DNA of 64,000 nucleotides from Epithemia pelagica (lineage: Eukaryota > Protista > Bacillariophyta). Every line of letters begins with the position of its first letter. The first letter of the stretch is position 1. Shown here piece after piece: positions 43,572 to 53,985 of this stretch. Location of the stretch: positions 1,550,001-1,614,000 of the forward strand of contig OX337236.1 of assembly GCA_946965045.2 (NCBI GenBank). Reading direction: 5' to 3'. The position numbers and the translations under genes are program-made. The notes under the pieces are model-generated. The model saw nothing but the letters and a program-made list of their open reading frames with translations, was not told the origin of the DNA and searched no databases.

Positions 43572-43963
43572 TACCTCTAGTAGGTTGAACGACTCTCGAC
43601 ATTTTCTACGTAGTGTACAAATGCCGTACAACGGCGCACGGTGCATTCGGAACACGGATACGGATCCAAAATCCAAATATCCAAAAAGATCCTCTTTCCT
43701 CTTTTGGTGGATCCAAAGTGGATCTTTCGGATCGACGTATGCTAAAGATTCTGTGGCGGATAGACCTCTGAACCTGATGATGATGGATCCAGGATCAACA
43801 TGGAGACCTGTCAACCGCCACTAGTACATTCAGGCACTATACCAGCAAACAAATGGTAAACAAGGAATCGTTCTGACTACCAAGCCTCTCTAGCGCTGGT
43901 CGTCTCGTCAAGGCACGGTATTCAGTACACCTAGAAAGAGAAAGACAACTTCCGACTACCACA

Positions 43964-45511
43964 ATGTCGGTGGAAGTAGAGAATGATGCCGAGATTGAGC
44001 TATTGGGATCCAACGCAGCAGGAGAGTTAATGAAGCAACACGAAGCCAAACTCGATGCCTGGGCCGCCGCTCCCAGAGGGAATTCCGATTCTGTCGCAGC
44101 CGACGTTTTTGTGTGGACCAAAAATCGTTCGACAGACGATCGACTGTACTTGACGCTCCTGTCCAACAACTTGCAACATGGCCTAGCGCCCTCCATTGAT
44201 TGTGCAAGCGTACTCAAGACGGAGCGATGGCGACAATTGTTGCTTTGTATGAATGGACGGATCGACGATTTTGATTTTATCACTCTCTTGTGCCCGTCCA
44301 TCATGCAATCGTATCAAGAACAACGCGAGCAGCTATTGGTGGTTCCACGAGCGCAATTCATCTTGGTAGAAATCTGTCGCTGTCGTCAGGGCTGGTATGA
44401 TCGATTGGATTGGAAAAGGTCACGATGTCAAAGTATGGCTCGACGACTATTTCAAATTCGACCAACCAACGTGTTTTCCATTTTAGAGGCACAAATGGAC
44501 AGTGACGCGTCCACCACCACCAACACGACAACGGTCACTCGTCAGGACAAAGATACGGCGGAGAGAAAAGCCATGTTTGACCAAGAGCTGAAACGACAAC
44601 TCCAATTGTCAGAGAACAACCTACTGGCAGCTCGTCGAGGCGACCAATTGGATCACTGCCTGACACCGGACGAGGCCACTCATTGTCTTCCTCTCAACTC
44701 CCCTGAAGTGGAACAACGATTGCGTAACGCCATGGAACAACTTTACCACCCGAACAAGGATGCGCGAATGCGATTCGTAGTTCTCGATGACGTATTGTCA
44801 ACCCAACTGTCTCAGCAAGCGTACCAAGCTGGTTTGGATTGGTTTGACACGCACGGTGGCAACAGCAGTGATGGAACAGGGCACTCGGTGGACACTGGTT
44901 TCATTGCGGCCCAAACTGTCCATCGACAAGATCAAATTGTCTTTTTGCCCATGTTTGATGCTTCAAGTCATGCCTTGGCTAATGCGATGAAGCAAGTGTC
45001 AACAATCCTGGTTCAGGTTGCAAAGGCAGCGTCCATTATGGCCTCGACATGTTCATCCAGCAACACTGCCCACAAGCACCTGCAATCGACATCGCTACGA
45101 GTACCAAAAGTTGCTCAGTTGGCCCTATATGACGGAGTTATGAAAGAAGAAGACGGTTCCAGCAACAATAAACCAGGATATGTGGCGCACTTGTACAACT
45201 GTGGCGACATTGGTGGAGAGGGAGAAAATTATCGAGAACTGACAGCGATTCTGTACTTGAATGGGCCCTCTCCTTCGTTGTCGGATCCTGGTGGTGCTCT
45301 GCGGTGCTTTGACGATCCGGACCCCCCACCAGAACACGACGACTGTCCGAGTTCATATCATGACATCGAACCTCGTCCTGGACGTCTTGTTTTGTTTCCA
45401 TCTCGACATTTGGTTCATTCCGTCTTACCCGTCTGTGGGTGGAGACGCTTGGCCTTGTCAGTTTGGATTCTTCACGATTCACGCTCCGTTGTCCTTCAAG
45501 AAAGTCGATGA
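43964..45511 (+). CDS. Fusion protein: N-terminal PBDC1/DUF757-like domain and C-terminal EGLN/P4H-like 2OG-Fe(II) oxygenase domain
   Basis: ERWRQLLLCMNGRIDDFDFITLL..VPRAQFILVEICRCRQGWY resembles PBDC1 (KWRPFC..NGIVEDFNYGTLLR..PRIQFFAIEIARNREGYN). GYVAHLYN..RELTAILYLN..GGALRCF..IEPRPGRLVLFPS..HSVLPV..RRLALSVW is an EGLN-type oxygenase. Confidence 0.78.
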   Translation: MSVEVENDAEIELLGSNAAGELMKQHEAKLDAWAAAPRGNSDSVAADVFVWTKNRSTDDRLYLTLLSNNLQHGLAPSIDCASVLKTERWRQLLLCMNGRIDDFDFITLLCPSIMQSYQEQREQLLVVPRAQFILVEICRCRQGWYDRLDWKRSRCQSMARRLFQIRPTNVFSILEAQMDSDASTTTNTTTVTRQDKDTAERKAMFDQELKRQLQLSENNLLAARRGDQLDHCLTPDEATHCLPLNSPEVEQRLRNAMEQLYHPNKDARMRFVVLDDVLSTQLSQQAYQAGLDWFDTHGGNSSDGTGHSVDTGFIAAQTVHRQDQIVFLPMFDASSHALANAMKQVSTILVQVAKAASIMASTCSSSNTAHKHLQSTSLRVPKVAQLALYDGVMKEEDGSSNNKPGYVAHLYNCGDIGGEGENYRELTAILYLNGPSPSLSDPGGALRCFDDPDPPPEHDDCPSSYHDIEPRPGRLVLFPSRHLVHSVLPVCGWRRLALSVWILHDSRSVVLQESR

Positions 45512-45580
45512 TCTTGACACCACTCTGGATTCTTCACGATGCACGCTCCGTTGTCCTTCAAGAAAGTCGATGACCTTGAC
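45464..45580 (+). repeat. 55-bp tandem duplication (period 62) spanning the oxygenase stop codon
   Basis: Copies at 45464-45518 and 45526-45580 differ at 2 positions. Confidence 0.92.
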
Positions 45581-45888
45581 TCGTTTTTGGATTTTGGATA
45601 GAAAACGCGAGGGACGGACCATTCTAGTACCATGGTGAATTCCCCCGAACAGAAACACATTTTCACGAGTAAAGGAATCCATGATATGGGGAGACGCGAT
45701 GATGACTATGAAAGACAACAAGTTATCATAGATTTTCTCCTCTAAAAGTGTTCAGAATCTTTGGCACTAATATCATCTTATCATTTATGGTCGCTATGGT
45801 TTACTCTTTCTTTTGTTTCTTCTATTTCCAAGACACCCAATTCACCTTTTTTCACATTCTTGATTGCCCTCACAGATTAATACACTCT

Positions 45889-48405
45889 TCAGGTCTGAAC
45901 GGCCAATTTCATCAAGTGCTCCATAAAGACGCGAAGTGAAACATCGTCCGTATTCACCTGTGCACCTCCTCCGGCACCGCCACCACCATCGTCAAGATTG
46001 GAATTGTGCGTGACGGATGGATTGAGTTTGGCCATGAGGAACCGAGCTTCGGACTTGTGTTGATCGCATACAATGTAACGGGGAACAGGGAAACGCGCAT
46101 CCATAATCAATTGGGCATCCGACTGAGGCGCTTCCAACAAATCTCGAAAGGCAGCATGCTCGTCTTGTTCATGATAACCCTGTTCACGCCACGCAGCAAT
46201 GGTTTCTCCGTGGAACACAACCACGTGGAAGAACGTGTCCAAGAGCAAAATAACATCAGGTCGCACACTTTCGGCATCTAATAAGGTAGCTTGCGGGGGC
46301 CCGTTAAAAGAATAGGACAAGAGCGTTGGTTGGATCATGACCAAAGAATTGGTTGTGTTCTCGCGGCAAAGAACATATCGATAATACGCCGCCTCGTCAG
46401 GACTCGAGTTGAAGAGCTGCAGAAATTGCGAGCGCCGCAAGTGGAACATGAACTGAGGATAGAGGCTAAATTCGGGGGACAACCGAAAGCTGGATTCGTT
46501 GTCAGGCTCGTATTCCGCAAATTTGGCACACAGTCGAATCAAACAACGGTCCACCCATCGCAAGACGTCCCCCACTTCATCCGTTTCGGTCTGGTAGACC
46601 GCCATGCGAGACGTCAAGACTGCTGCCGCCTCCTGGTCAAAGGACGTGCGCACGGGGCTATTCATCATGGCTTGGCGTTCGGCTACCGGATCATCCTTTG
46701 GGAGGGCCGGTGGATTGTGCCACTGACCACACAAGGTGGTGACACGCAAACGAGTGGATCCATTGGCATGTTGGTATTTCGTCAGAAACTGAATGAAACG
46801 ACGTTTGCCTTCCGGGACTGGCGCGTTGCCTGGATTGGTGATGTCAAAGTAAACGGCAATGGTGGTATTGGGATCCGCTCCACCCAGCGACCACAAGTTG
46901 GTGCCACCCTTGCCAATGACATTTTCCGAAACATTGGGAGCATCCTTTTCGAGACTTGTCACTGGTCCAATCGCACCAGACACCTTGAATTCGCGGGACG
47001 TGAGGACTTCGAGGGAACATGAAAAGGCCATTTGTAACTGCCCGCCGTCTTCAGGAACATCATCCGCAAATCGTTGAAAGACACGACGAAGAGACTCCTT
47101 AAAGACGGACTGTCCAAACGAATCTCCAAGAACGGCGAGACCACCCGTGGCTTCGACGAGTTCCATCATTTCCAACAATCCCACTTGATCTAAACTACAC
47201 GCAAAGACATCCACTGTATGAAAGGGTGCCGAGGTGGGAGTGGGTGTTTGTTGTTTCTTTTTCTTGGCATTGTTGTGATCGCTGCTACCTTGTAGGGCAA
47301 ACAAACTGGGATGGGCCAACTTGGAATAAAATTCACACGCCGGTTTGAAGAGGGGCTCGGTATTTTTTTGTAAGTCGGCATGGGATCGGATGTCTTCTTC
47401 CTTGAGACGAGAGACAATGGCACCCGGACCGCTGGTGCAAGGACCACTGGTAAAGAGCATAATGCGGGCTCCACGGCGAGGAATGGCCAAATGCAACAAG
47501 GACGTCGCCACCGACAAGGCACATCCAGTGGAACGAGCCGGACGCTTGTCATTGGGAACCGGCCACGGATCGCGACGCAAGTCGTCCAAAATCGTTTCCA
47601 ACACAAAGGAACATTCCGAAACAGGCAAGAGGAATCGTTCCAATACTTCTTGCGCCGGTCCACCAATATTGGGTTGTCCATGACCTGGTACCCCGGGCGG
47701 AGGCTGTGGTTGTCCCGGAGCATGCGGTGGTTGTGCTGGTTGCGATTGCTGCCCAACCGATCGTTGTGTGCAACCCAACAACTCTCCCACTCGCCCCGGA
47801 GAATATTCTCGATTGCCTCTAAAAATATACGACTTGGCAATGTTCTCACTGGCCAATTCGTAAACAGACACATTGGTGCCGTACGTGATTAGTCCGACCA
47901 ACGTTTCGGGAGGTAACAAGTTCAAGGCTTGCTGAATGGAATCGGCCAACTCGGTCAATTCTTCCTTGTTGGCATTGCTACCACAGGTGTCAATGACAAA
48001 CAAAAAGACGGGAGGACCAGCGTTGGGGATGGTTTGCAGGGTGTATTCCACGGTCGAAAACTGTGGGATCAACTCGGCGGGAAGATTGGTTTCCGTAATG
48101 TTTTCAGCATAATGGGGAGGAAAGGGATTGCGCGCATTGCAAAAGTTGCACACCCATTGTTTGGAGATGAAATCAATATCGGCATAAAGATTTAAAATGG
48201 CGTGACAAGACGAGCACCGAATCGGATCGTAAGGCAAGGCTTGTGTCGGTGCACTCTGCGGAGGAAGTTTGCGCAACGGTGTGTACAGAGCACCAAAGGG
48301 AGCGACGCTCCGAGTAGCCTCCAAACGACTGCTCGGCCAACAATGAAAGGACTGGCGACTGCCCGTCAATTCTTCCAAGGCTGACAAATCCAAAGGACCT
48401 TCCAT
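45889..48405 (-). CDS. SEC23: COPII coat protein Sec23
   Basis: Zn finger ([23 protein letters not shown]), [12 protein letters not shown], trunk [37 protein letters not shown], gelsolin domain, [29 protein letters not shown]. Confidence 0.97.
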   Translation of the reverse strand: MEGPLDLSALEELTGSRQSFHCWPSSRLEATRSVAPFGALYTPLRKLPPQSAPTQALPYDPIRCSSCHAILNLYADIDFISKQWVCNFCNARNPFPPHYAENITETNLPAELIPQFSTVEYTLQTIPNAGPPVFLFVIDTCGSNANKEELTELADSIQQALNLLPPETLVGLITYGTNVSVYELASENIAKSYIFRGNREYSPGRVGELLGCTQRSVGQQSQPAQPPHAPGQPQPPPGVPGHGQPNIGGPAQEVLERFLLPVSECSFVLETILDDLRRDPWPVPNDKRPARSTGCALSVATSLLHLAIPRRGARIMLFTSGPCTSGPGAIVSRLKEEDIRSHADLQKNTEPLFKPACEFYSKLAHPSLFALQGSSDHNNAKKKKQQTPTPTSAPFHTVDVFACSLDQVGLLEMMELVEATGGLAVLGDSFGQSVFKESLRRVFQRFADDVPEDGGQLQMAFSCSLEVLTSREFKVSGAIGPVTSLEKDAPNVSENVIGKGGTNLWSLGGADPNTTIAVYFDITNPGNAPVPEGKRRFIQFLTKYQHANGSTRLRVTTLCGQWHNPPALPKDDPVAERQAMMNSPVRTSFDQEAAAVLTSRMAVYQTETDEVGDVLRWVDRCLIRLCAKFAEYEPDNESSFRLSPEFSLYPQFMFHLRRSQFLQLFNSSPDEAAYYRYVLCRENTTNSLVMIQPTLLSYSFNGPPQATLLDAESVRPDVILLLDTFFHVVVFHGETIAAWREQGYHEQDEHAAFRDLLEAPQSDAQLIMDARFPVPRYIVCDQHKSEARFLMAKLNPSVTHNSNLDDGGGGAGGGAQVNTDDVSLRVFMEHLMKLAVQT

Positions 48406-48899
48406 ATTTCGAGACCTGGTTTTTCTTCAAGTCCTGTCTAGATCTCGTGTCGTTCTTTTCACGTTTCGTGTGACTAACAACAACAACAACAACATGCCAA
48501 TGCAAAAAGGTCAGGACCAACACCGTTTTGGATCAATTTTCAGGTCCTCTGCTTCAATGACGGTCATACCCAGCATCTCTACCATGTGTATACAACACAT
48601 TTGGTAGAACCATTGTAGAAACCAGCTCCATAAGTGGGAACACTTACCTCTCGTGGTCTCTCCGCCTCGCAATCTAATCTGTTTTGTTGTTTGAACAAAA
48701 AAACCAGAGGTCGGTCATTCCCTCTTTTTTGCCACAGCACCACTTTTTTGGAACAGTGTGACACAAAAAAGGGGTGGGCAGCAAAGATCGTTGCCATGCA
48801 TCAAAGGCGAATGAGTCATGCGCGTGGTCTGTCCGTGTCCGGAGCATTCGGTCGGTCGCACGTTTGGCGTTTGTCGGCTGCAATGTAGAGACTGCGACC

Positions 48900-50120
48900 A
48901 TGGCGAACGCTCAAGTACTAATGGCCGACCGATTGTCGGGTGCCATTCGAGGAACCGATGGGAGTATCATACGAATAGGCCATGCGGTGGATCCTGTGGG
49001 TTCGTCCTCTCTCGCACAAAATGACAAAAACAGCACCAGCAACAGTAACCACAAGACTGCCACCGTCGCGCCCTTGCTGCCTTCGTTAATTCCTATTCGC
49101 ATCAATGTCGTCTCGGCCGACCAAAGCATGCGGATTGTCCAAACGATTTTATGGGATGTCAATTCCCTTGCCACATCCATGCGGAATGACCATTCTTCGT
49201 CTTGTTCATTGCTGGAGACGACCGCTCATGAATTGGCCAATCACATCTTGTCCGATATGGAAGTCCATGGCATGAGTCGAACGGCACGACATTTTACGGG
49301 ACGGGTCGATTTGTGGAATGACAAGGCACAGCAGCTCATTCAAGAACAAATTCAATCACTTTTGCAGAGCGCTGTAGAAACATGGAACCAACAGGCGCGT
49401 TCCAACCAAAAAAAGAGACGACGAGAGGCAACTTTCAAGGAAGAAGAAGAAGGTAGTGTCAAAACTACTCGCAAGAGCCATAATGAGAAATCCACGTCGC
49501 AAGAAACATCAGAAATAAAAGAAAATGAAAGTGAGCCGTCTCTGGCAGGAGACAAGGATAACCAACCAACCGACAAAGTACCGGTCCCTCCAGGAGAATC
49601 TTTTCGAAGTAGTGAAGCGAACAACAAAACTAAGGGCAGTGGGAGCGATCAAAAGAAATCCGCTCGGCGCCCTTTGATACCCATTCGTTTACGCATCATC
49701 TATCAGAATACTCGTATTCACGATGATTTTGAATGGGATTGCAGTCTCCAACATGTTTATTCCCCCCTGCAAATGGCCATGGATTTGGGTCGCGATTTAA
49801 AACTCCCCGAGGAAGCTGTGCAAGCCATTGCCATTGAAATAACGGAGCAAATCATGGCACATTCTGGAAAAGGAGGAGAGTCCTCCTCGAGTACAACGAC
49901 TCCCACCAACTGGAGCGACGAAACGGCTCCCCACTTGTTTCGAACCTTGCAACAACGACACAAGGAATCCAAAGTGGCCATGATGTTGGCACCACCATCG
50001 ACACCGCTCGATATTGCCTCATCCAATACGACGGCCGCATGGGAAATGGATGCGCGCGAATTGACTCAGCAGTCGGCCATACTGTTGGCACACCAAAAAC
50101 CGTCCTCCCGTCCAACATGA
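48900..50120 (+). CDS. SNF5/SMARCB1/Sfh1-like chromatin-remodelling subunit
   Basis: Two SNF5-type repeats: LIPIRINVV..IVQTILWD and LIPIRLRI..IHDDFEWD..SPLQMAMDLGRDLKLP.E..AIAIEITEQI. Confidence 0.8.
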   Translation: MANAQVLMADRLSGAIRGTDGSIIRIGHAVDPVGSSSLAQNDKNSTSNSNHKTATVAPLLPSLIPIRINVVSADQSMRIVQTILWDVNSLATSMRNDHSSSCSLLETTAHELANHILSDMEVHGMSRTARHFTGRVDLWNDKAQQLIQEQIQSLLQSAVETWNQQARSNQKKRRREATFKEEEEGSVKTTRKSHNEKSTSQETSEIKENESEPSLAGDKDNQPTDKVPVPPGESFRSSEANNKTKGSGSDQKKSARRPLIPIRLRIIYQNTRIHDDFEWDCSLQHVYSPLQMAMDLGRDLKLPEEAVQAIAIEITEQIMAHSGKGGESSSSTTTPTNWSDETAPHLFRTLQQRHKESKVAMMLAPPSTPLDIASSNTTAAWEMDARELTQQSAILLAHQKPSSRPT

Positions 50121-50734
50121 CACAAAAGGCTTTGTGTTGGTCGAAAAGTCGCCCTACTGACTGTCCAGCTGCTGACACGAGTGTTTTTGTATGTTCAACA
50201 GAAACTGGTTCGATCGAGTTGCCGGATCAGATCCATCGACGGTATCATAGTAGGCCTCCAGTATGCAATCGTAGTAGAGTCAACCGCCGCATATGTTCCA
50301 TCTCTCCTTTTGACTCGATCGCCCTGAAGAGAACCATTCATGCGTTCTGGGAAATGAATAATCGATTGGAGGGTTCTAGGTAGCAATGAACACGCCTTCT
50401 TCTAACGAAAATACCATTAGCGAGGTACTCCTACAACACATCCTTTCCCCTATCTCGCTGTCCTATGCCTCTAGCCTGGTCCATTCGCCAATTGATCGCG
50501 GATTCATGTGTGGTCAGTGGTGATTCGTGGACCTCATTTTCTCGCGTTGCGTAAGATTTGTGATGCAGCGATCTTTTGATTCTTGTTTCAATTGCGATCA
50601 ATCAATGAACTGGCTACTAAACTTTGGCAGGGTTACGTACCAAAGGCCTTGGCGTTAAGCGACAACCACAATCCCATTGATTGGGAAAATCTTAAAAGAA
50701 GAACGAAAAGGATTGCTTCCGTTTTGGTGTTACC

Positions 50735-51740
50735 ATGGCATCTCAGGCCGCATATTCCAAGGTGTCGGTGGAGGATGGGGTGACGGGGGACAGTGTGGGA
50801 AATTTGCAAGAAAGTTTGGTGGCTGTCCCATCAAGTACAGTGGCGACCTCGACTGTGCCCATGCTTCAAGTGACGGCTCCGGCCGATTTGCCCGAAGGGT
50901 ACGAGATGGAGGCCACCATTGGTGGTACAGAGGATGGTCAAGGTGGTACTGTCATTCAAGTACAGGTACCACCGGGTGGTATTGAAAAAGGACAGACCTT
51001 TTCGGTGCCCTTCCCATCTCAAGTCCAGTCAAGGTTGGCTTCCAGTACCACCATTCGAGTGCCAGTCGGGAACTGGAGGGATGGAATGTTTGAATTCTAC
51101 AAATATGGCGTATGTCATCCTCATTGTTGGACCGCCTGTTGCTGTACGACATGTAAGTGAACGAATTGATGCAACAAAGGTTGTTGCTCGTCTAACAAGT
51201 ATCCCATATTCTCCTCCCTTGTTAGTGGCGGCTGGCCAAGTTATTAGCCGAATGGGCCTGGATTGGACCGGGAAACCAGCTCGATCACCTGGCCAAGCAG
51301 CTGCAGCATTTTCCGTCGTTCTGGGAATTGTCATTGTGTACTATATGGTTCGTGTTCCCTTGGCGATCACCAATTCCATCATTGGTGACTATGATGATGA
51401 TGAAGAACAGAGAGATGACCAACATGAAAATGGAGAAGGCGACGATGATGATGATGATGACGATGATGATGGCATTGTCTTTTTGATCATTATGATTTGG
51501 TTTTGTCTCTTTTGGATCATCATGGCAATTTTGTTGGCCCGTGTTCGATCGACGGTACGAGAACGATATGGAATCCCACCTTCCTGTTTGGGAGAGACAC
51601 TGGATGACCCGGCAGTTTCATGTTGCTGTTGCTGCTTTGCCGCTGGCCAAATGTTGCGTCACACGACCGACTACGAAACTTATCCTTCCACGTGCTGCAC
51701 TCGGACCGGAATACCTCCAACAGCTCCTTCCATCGTGTAA
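50735..51740 (+). CDS. PLAC8-family cysteine-rich membrane protein, 2 exons
   Basis: VTAPADLPEGY, VGNWRDG, CWTACCC, RSTVRERYGIP..DDPAVSCCCCCFAAGQM; GT-AG intron 51153-51225. Confidence 0.87.
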
Positions 51741-52428
51741 CTTGAGTAGGATGAACTAGATTCAATCTTAGATGCCGTTCGCCTCGGTATCGATCGCATG
51801 AATTATATGTATGGTTCCGAACCCGGCCGGAGTCGGATGCGAGGACAGCATTCTGTATACAGCGTTGATCGTTTTAGATCCTATCAATGACCTTTTGGTG
51901 GAATCCGGTTTTGGGAAAATGTCTTGAACTGACGATCGATCTTATGCTGACAATAGATCTATTGATCGTGCGTGAGTTTGTGTCCAATCGACAAAAAGTG
52001 AAAGTGGAAAACGAGTCTTCCAGCAAGCGAGGCGAGATTTTGTTGCCGTTGAGGGCTTATCTAAAATGGGGGATTTCGTCCCACTGGAAAGAGAATTTAC
52101 CGGGCTCAAACAATTCTATTTAAGCGGACACACGCGACCGTGTGACATGTTATTATTATTGAATGAAACATCGAAATGGGTCGCACTATAAATGTTTTCA
52201 CTGGACTGATGAGTGTTTTCCGGTCATCGACTGGCAAAAAGGTTTAAGTAGATGGTCCATTGGCTTTCCCAACCAAGTACAAGCATAAATGGATACTCCC
52301 AAACATTTTTCATCTCATAAATTTTATTCTCCGGCAAGAACGCTTGCTGACATAGAAAGCCCAAAAAAAGAAATCAATTCTTGCCAAACCATTGCCGGAG
52401 ACCCTTCCCCTCAGTATCGACCAGTACA

Positions 52429-53421
52429 ATGAACGCAAACTTTGATGAAAATGGATTCCGCTTGGTGTTTCATGGCTCTGGGTCGATGGAAGACTTTGAA
52501 GACAACGCGGCCCCAAGTTCTACGGCACAGCCAGCAACGACCAGGACGATGCGCGATGCTCACGAAACCGGAGCCATCAAGTTGGACGCGACTGACATTT
52601 CTTGCTTCAATGCAAGTGATTCCTCCATGGACATGAACCTGTTGAGTATTACGGCTGACAATGATGGTCGGAAGCCTTTTGACTTGAATTCCTCGTCGAG
52701 AAATGCGAGCAGTGGTAGCTGGTCTGCCGATAGTAGCTTCCGAGCAAGTCTTGCCAAGAGCATTGCCAGTAAGAGACGAACGAAGAGCAACGTTGCAATG
52801 GAACGATTGCCAAGTCAGAAACATATGTGTGCGACGGAGCCTACAAAGGACACTTCTCCCAGTACACGAAAGAAATCTCACAACACGGAAAGACGAAGAA
52901 GTCTTACCATGCTCAAATCTAAACGTTCCACCACACCAAAGGCTGTGCACGATGTGGATCGAGATGCCGTGATAGCTCGTAGACTCATCTCGGAGCATCT
53001 TGCAAAGAGAAAGGCAAGAACGCGGTCAGATGACAGCGAGACAAAGGATAGTACAGAAGCTGAAGATTCTCAAGATGCCCCTAATCCGAGACCTTCAACA
53101 TCTCACGTGAGTGCTACTACTCCAATGAATGAATTCAATCTCGGCGCAGCTGCCTCGGTCATTGCTTCCAAGGTTCGAAATGGCTCCATTATCGTTCCAG
53201 TCAAGTCTCGACCTCGTTCAAGACCCGATTCACGACCCAAGTCTCGACAACGACGAAATAGCACAGGCCGAGGCCGTTCACACACCCATGCAGAAACGGA
53301 TCGAGGAGAGACTTCCGCCGTTGTAGATGGATCTGCTTCTTTGTCATCTCCTTCCTCCAAGAATGCTGACAGTCCAATTTCAAAACAACCGAGAGCGAAA
53401 CGAACTTCCCATTTATGCTAG
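52429..53421 (+). CDS. Hypothetical Ser/Arg-rich, probably disordered protein
   Basis: 330-aa ATG-initiated ORF between convergent neighbours; no domain recognised. Confidence 0.65.
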   Translation: MNANFDENGFRLVFHGSGSMEDFEDNAAPSSTAQPATTRTMRDAHETGAIKLDATDISCFNASDSSMDMNLLSITADNDGRKPFDLNSSSRNASSGSWSADSSFRASLAKSIASKRRTKSNVAMERLPSQKHMCATEPTKDTSPSTRKKSHNTERRRSLTMLKSKRSTTPKAVHDVDRDAVIARRLISEHLAKRKARTRSDDSETKDSTEAEDSQDAPNPRPSTSHVSATTPMNEFNLGAAASVIASKVRNGSIIVPVKSRPRSRPDSRPKSRQRRNSTGRGRSHTHAETDRGETSAVVDGSASLSSPSSKNADSPISKQPRAKRTSHLC

Positions 53422-53985
53422 TGGAAGATTCGGTTGTGCACTCTGCCACTAGACTCTAAAGCCAATACGCATCGACTCATGGCACTCGCTTGTGTGATAC
53501 AATCGAGTACCGAGTACGAAAACCATTTTTATACATTTATCACCACCGTATAGTCATAGATTCATTCGATAATTGGTAAATCTTCAACATTGATCACATG
53601 TCTGTTTCTGTATGATGAATCAGAAGTTTCAGGTTTCTGCTTTTCTTATCAGATTCGTATCCACACGAAAAGGCGAGAAATGATGCCCCCTTCTTACCTC
53701 CTGAATGATGAACACCTGCAACACTGGGGTATCAAGACAACCTTCTAAACTACAACTACAAACGGGAATTTATACAGAGTCAATTTCGATTCACTCAATG
53801 AATTCCTCTTGCAATGACCAACCATGTTAGCCAGTATTTCGTTGGAAGCTAATTAGGTAACAGCCAACTGCCACGCCGTGGCGCGCAATTGCAGCTGAAG
53901 CAGCTCCCCAACATCCAGGGCATTTTACGCTCTTTCTCGTGTGGTTGAAGGATGGATCTAGTTCGTGGACTTCATACCTCAGTCT

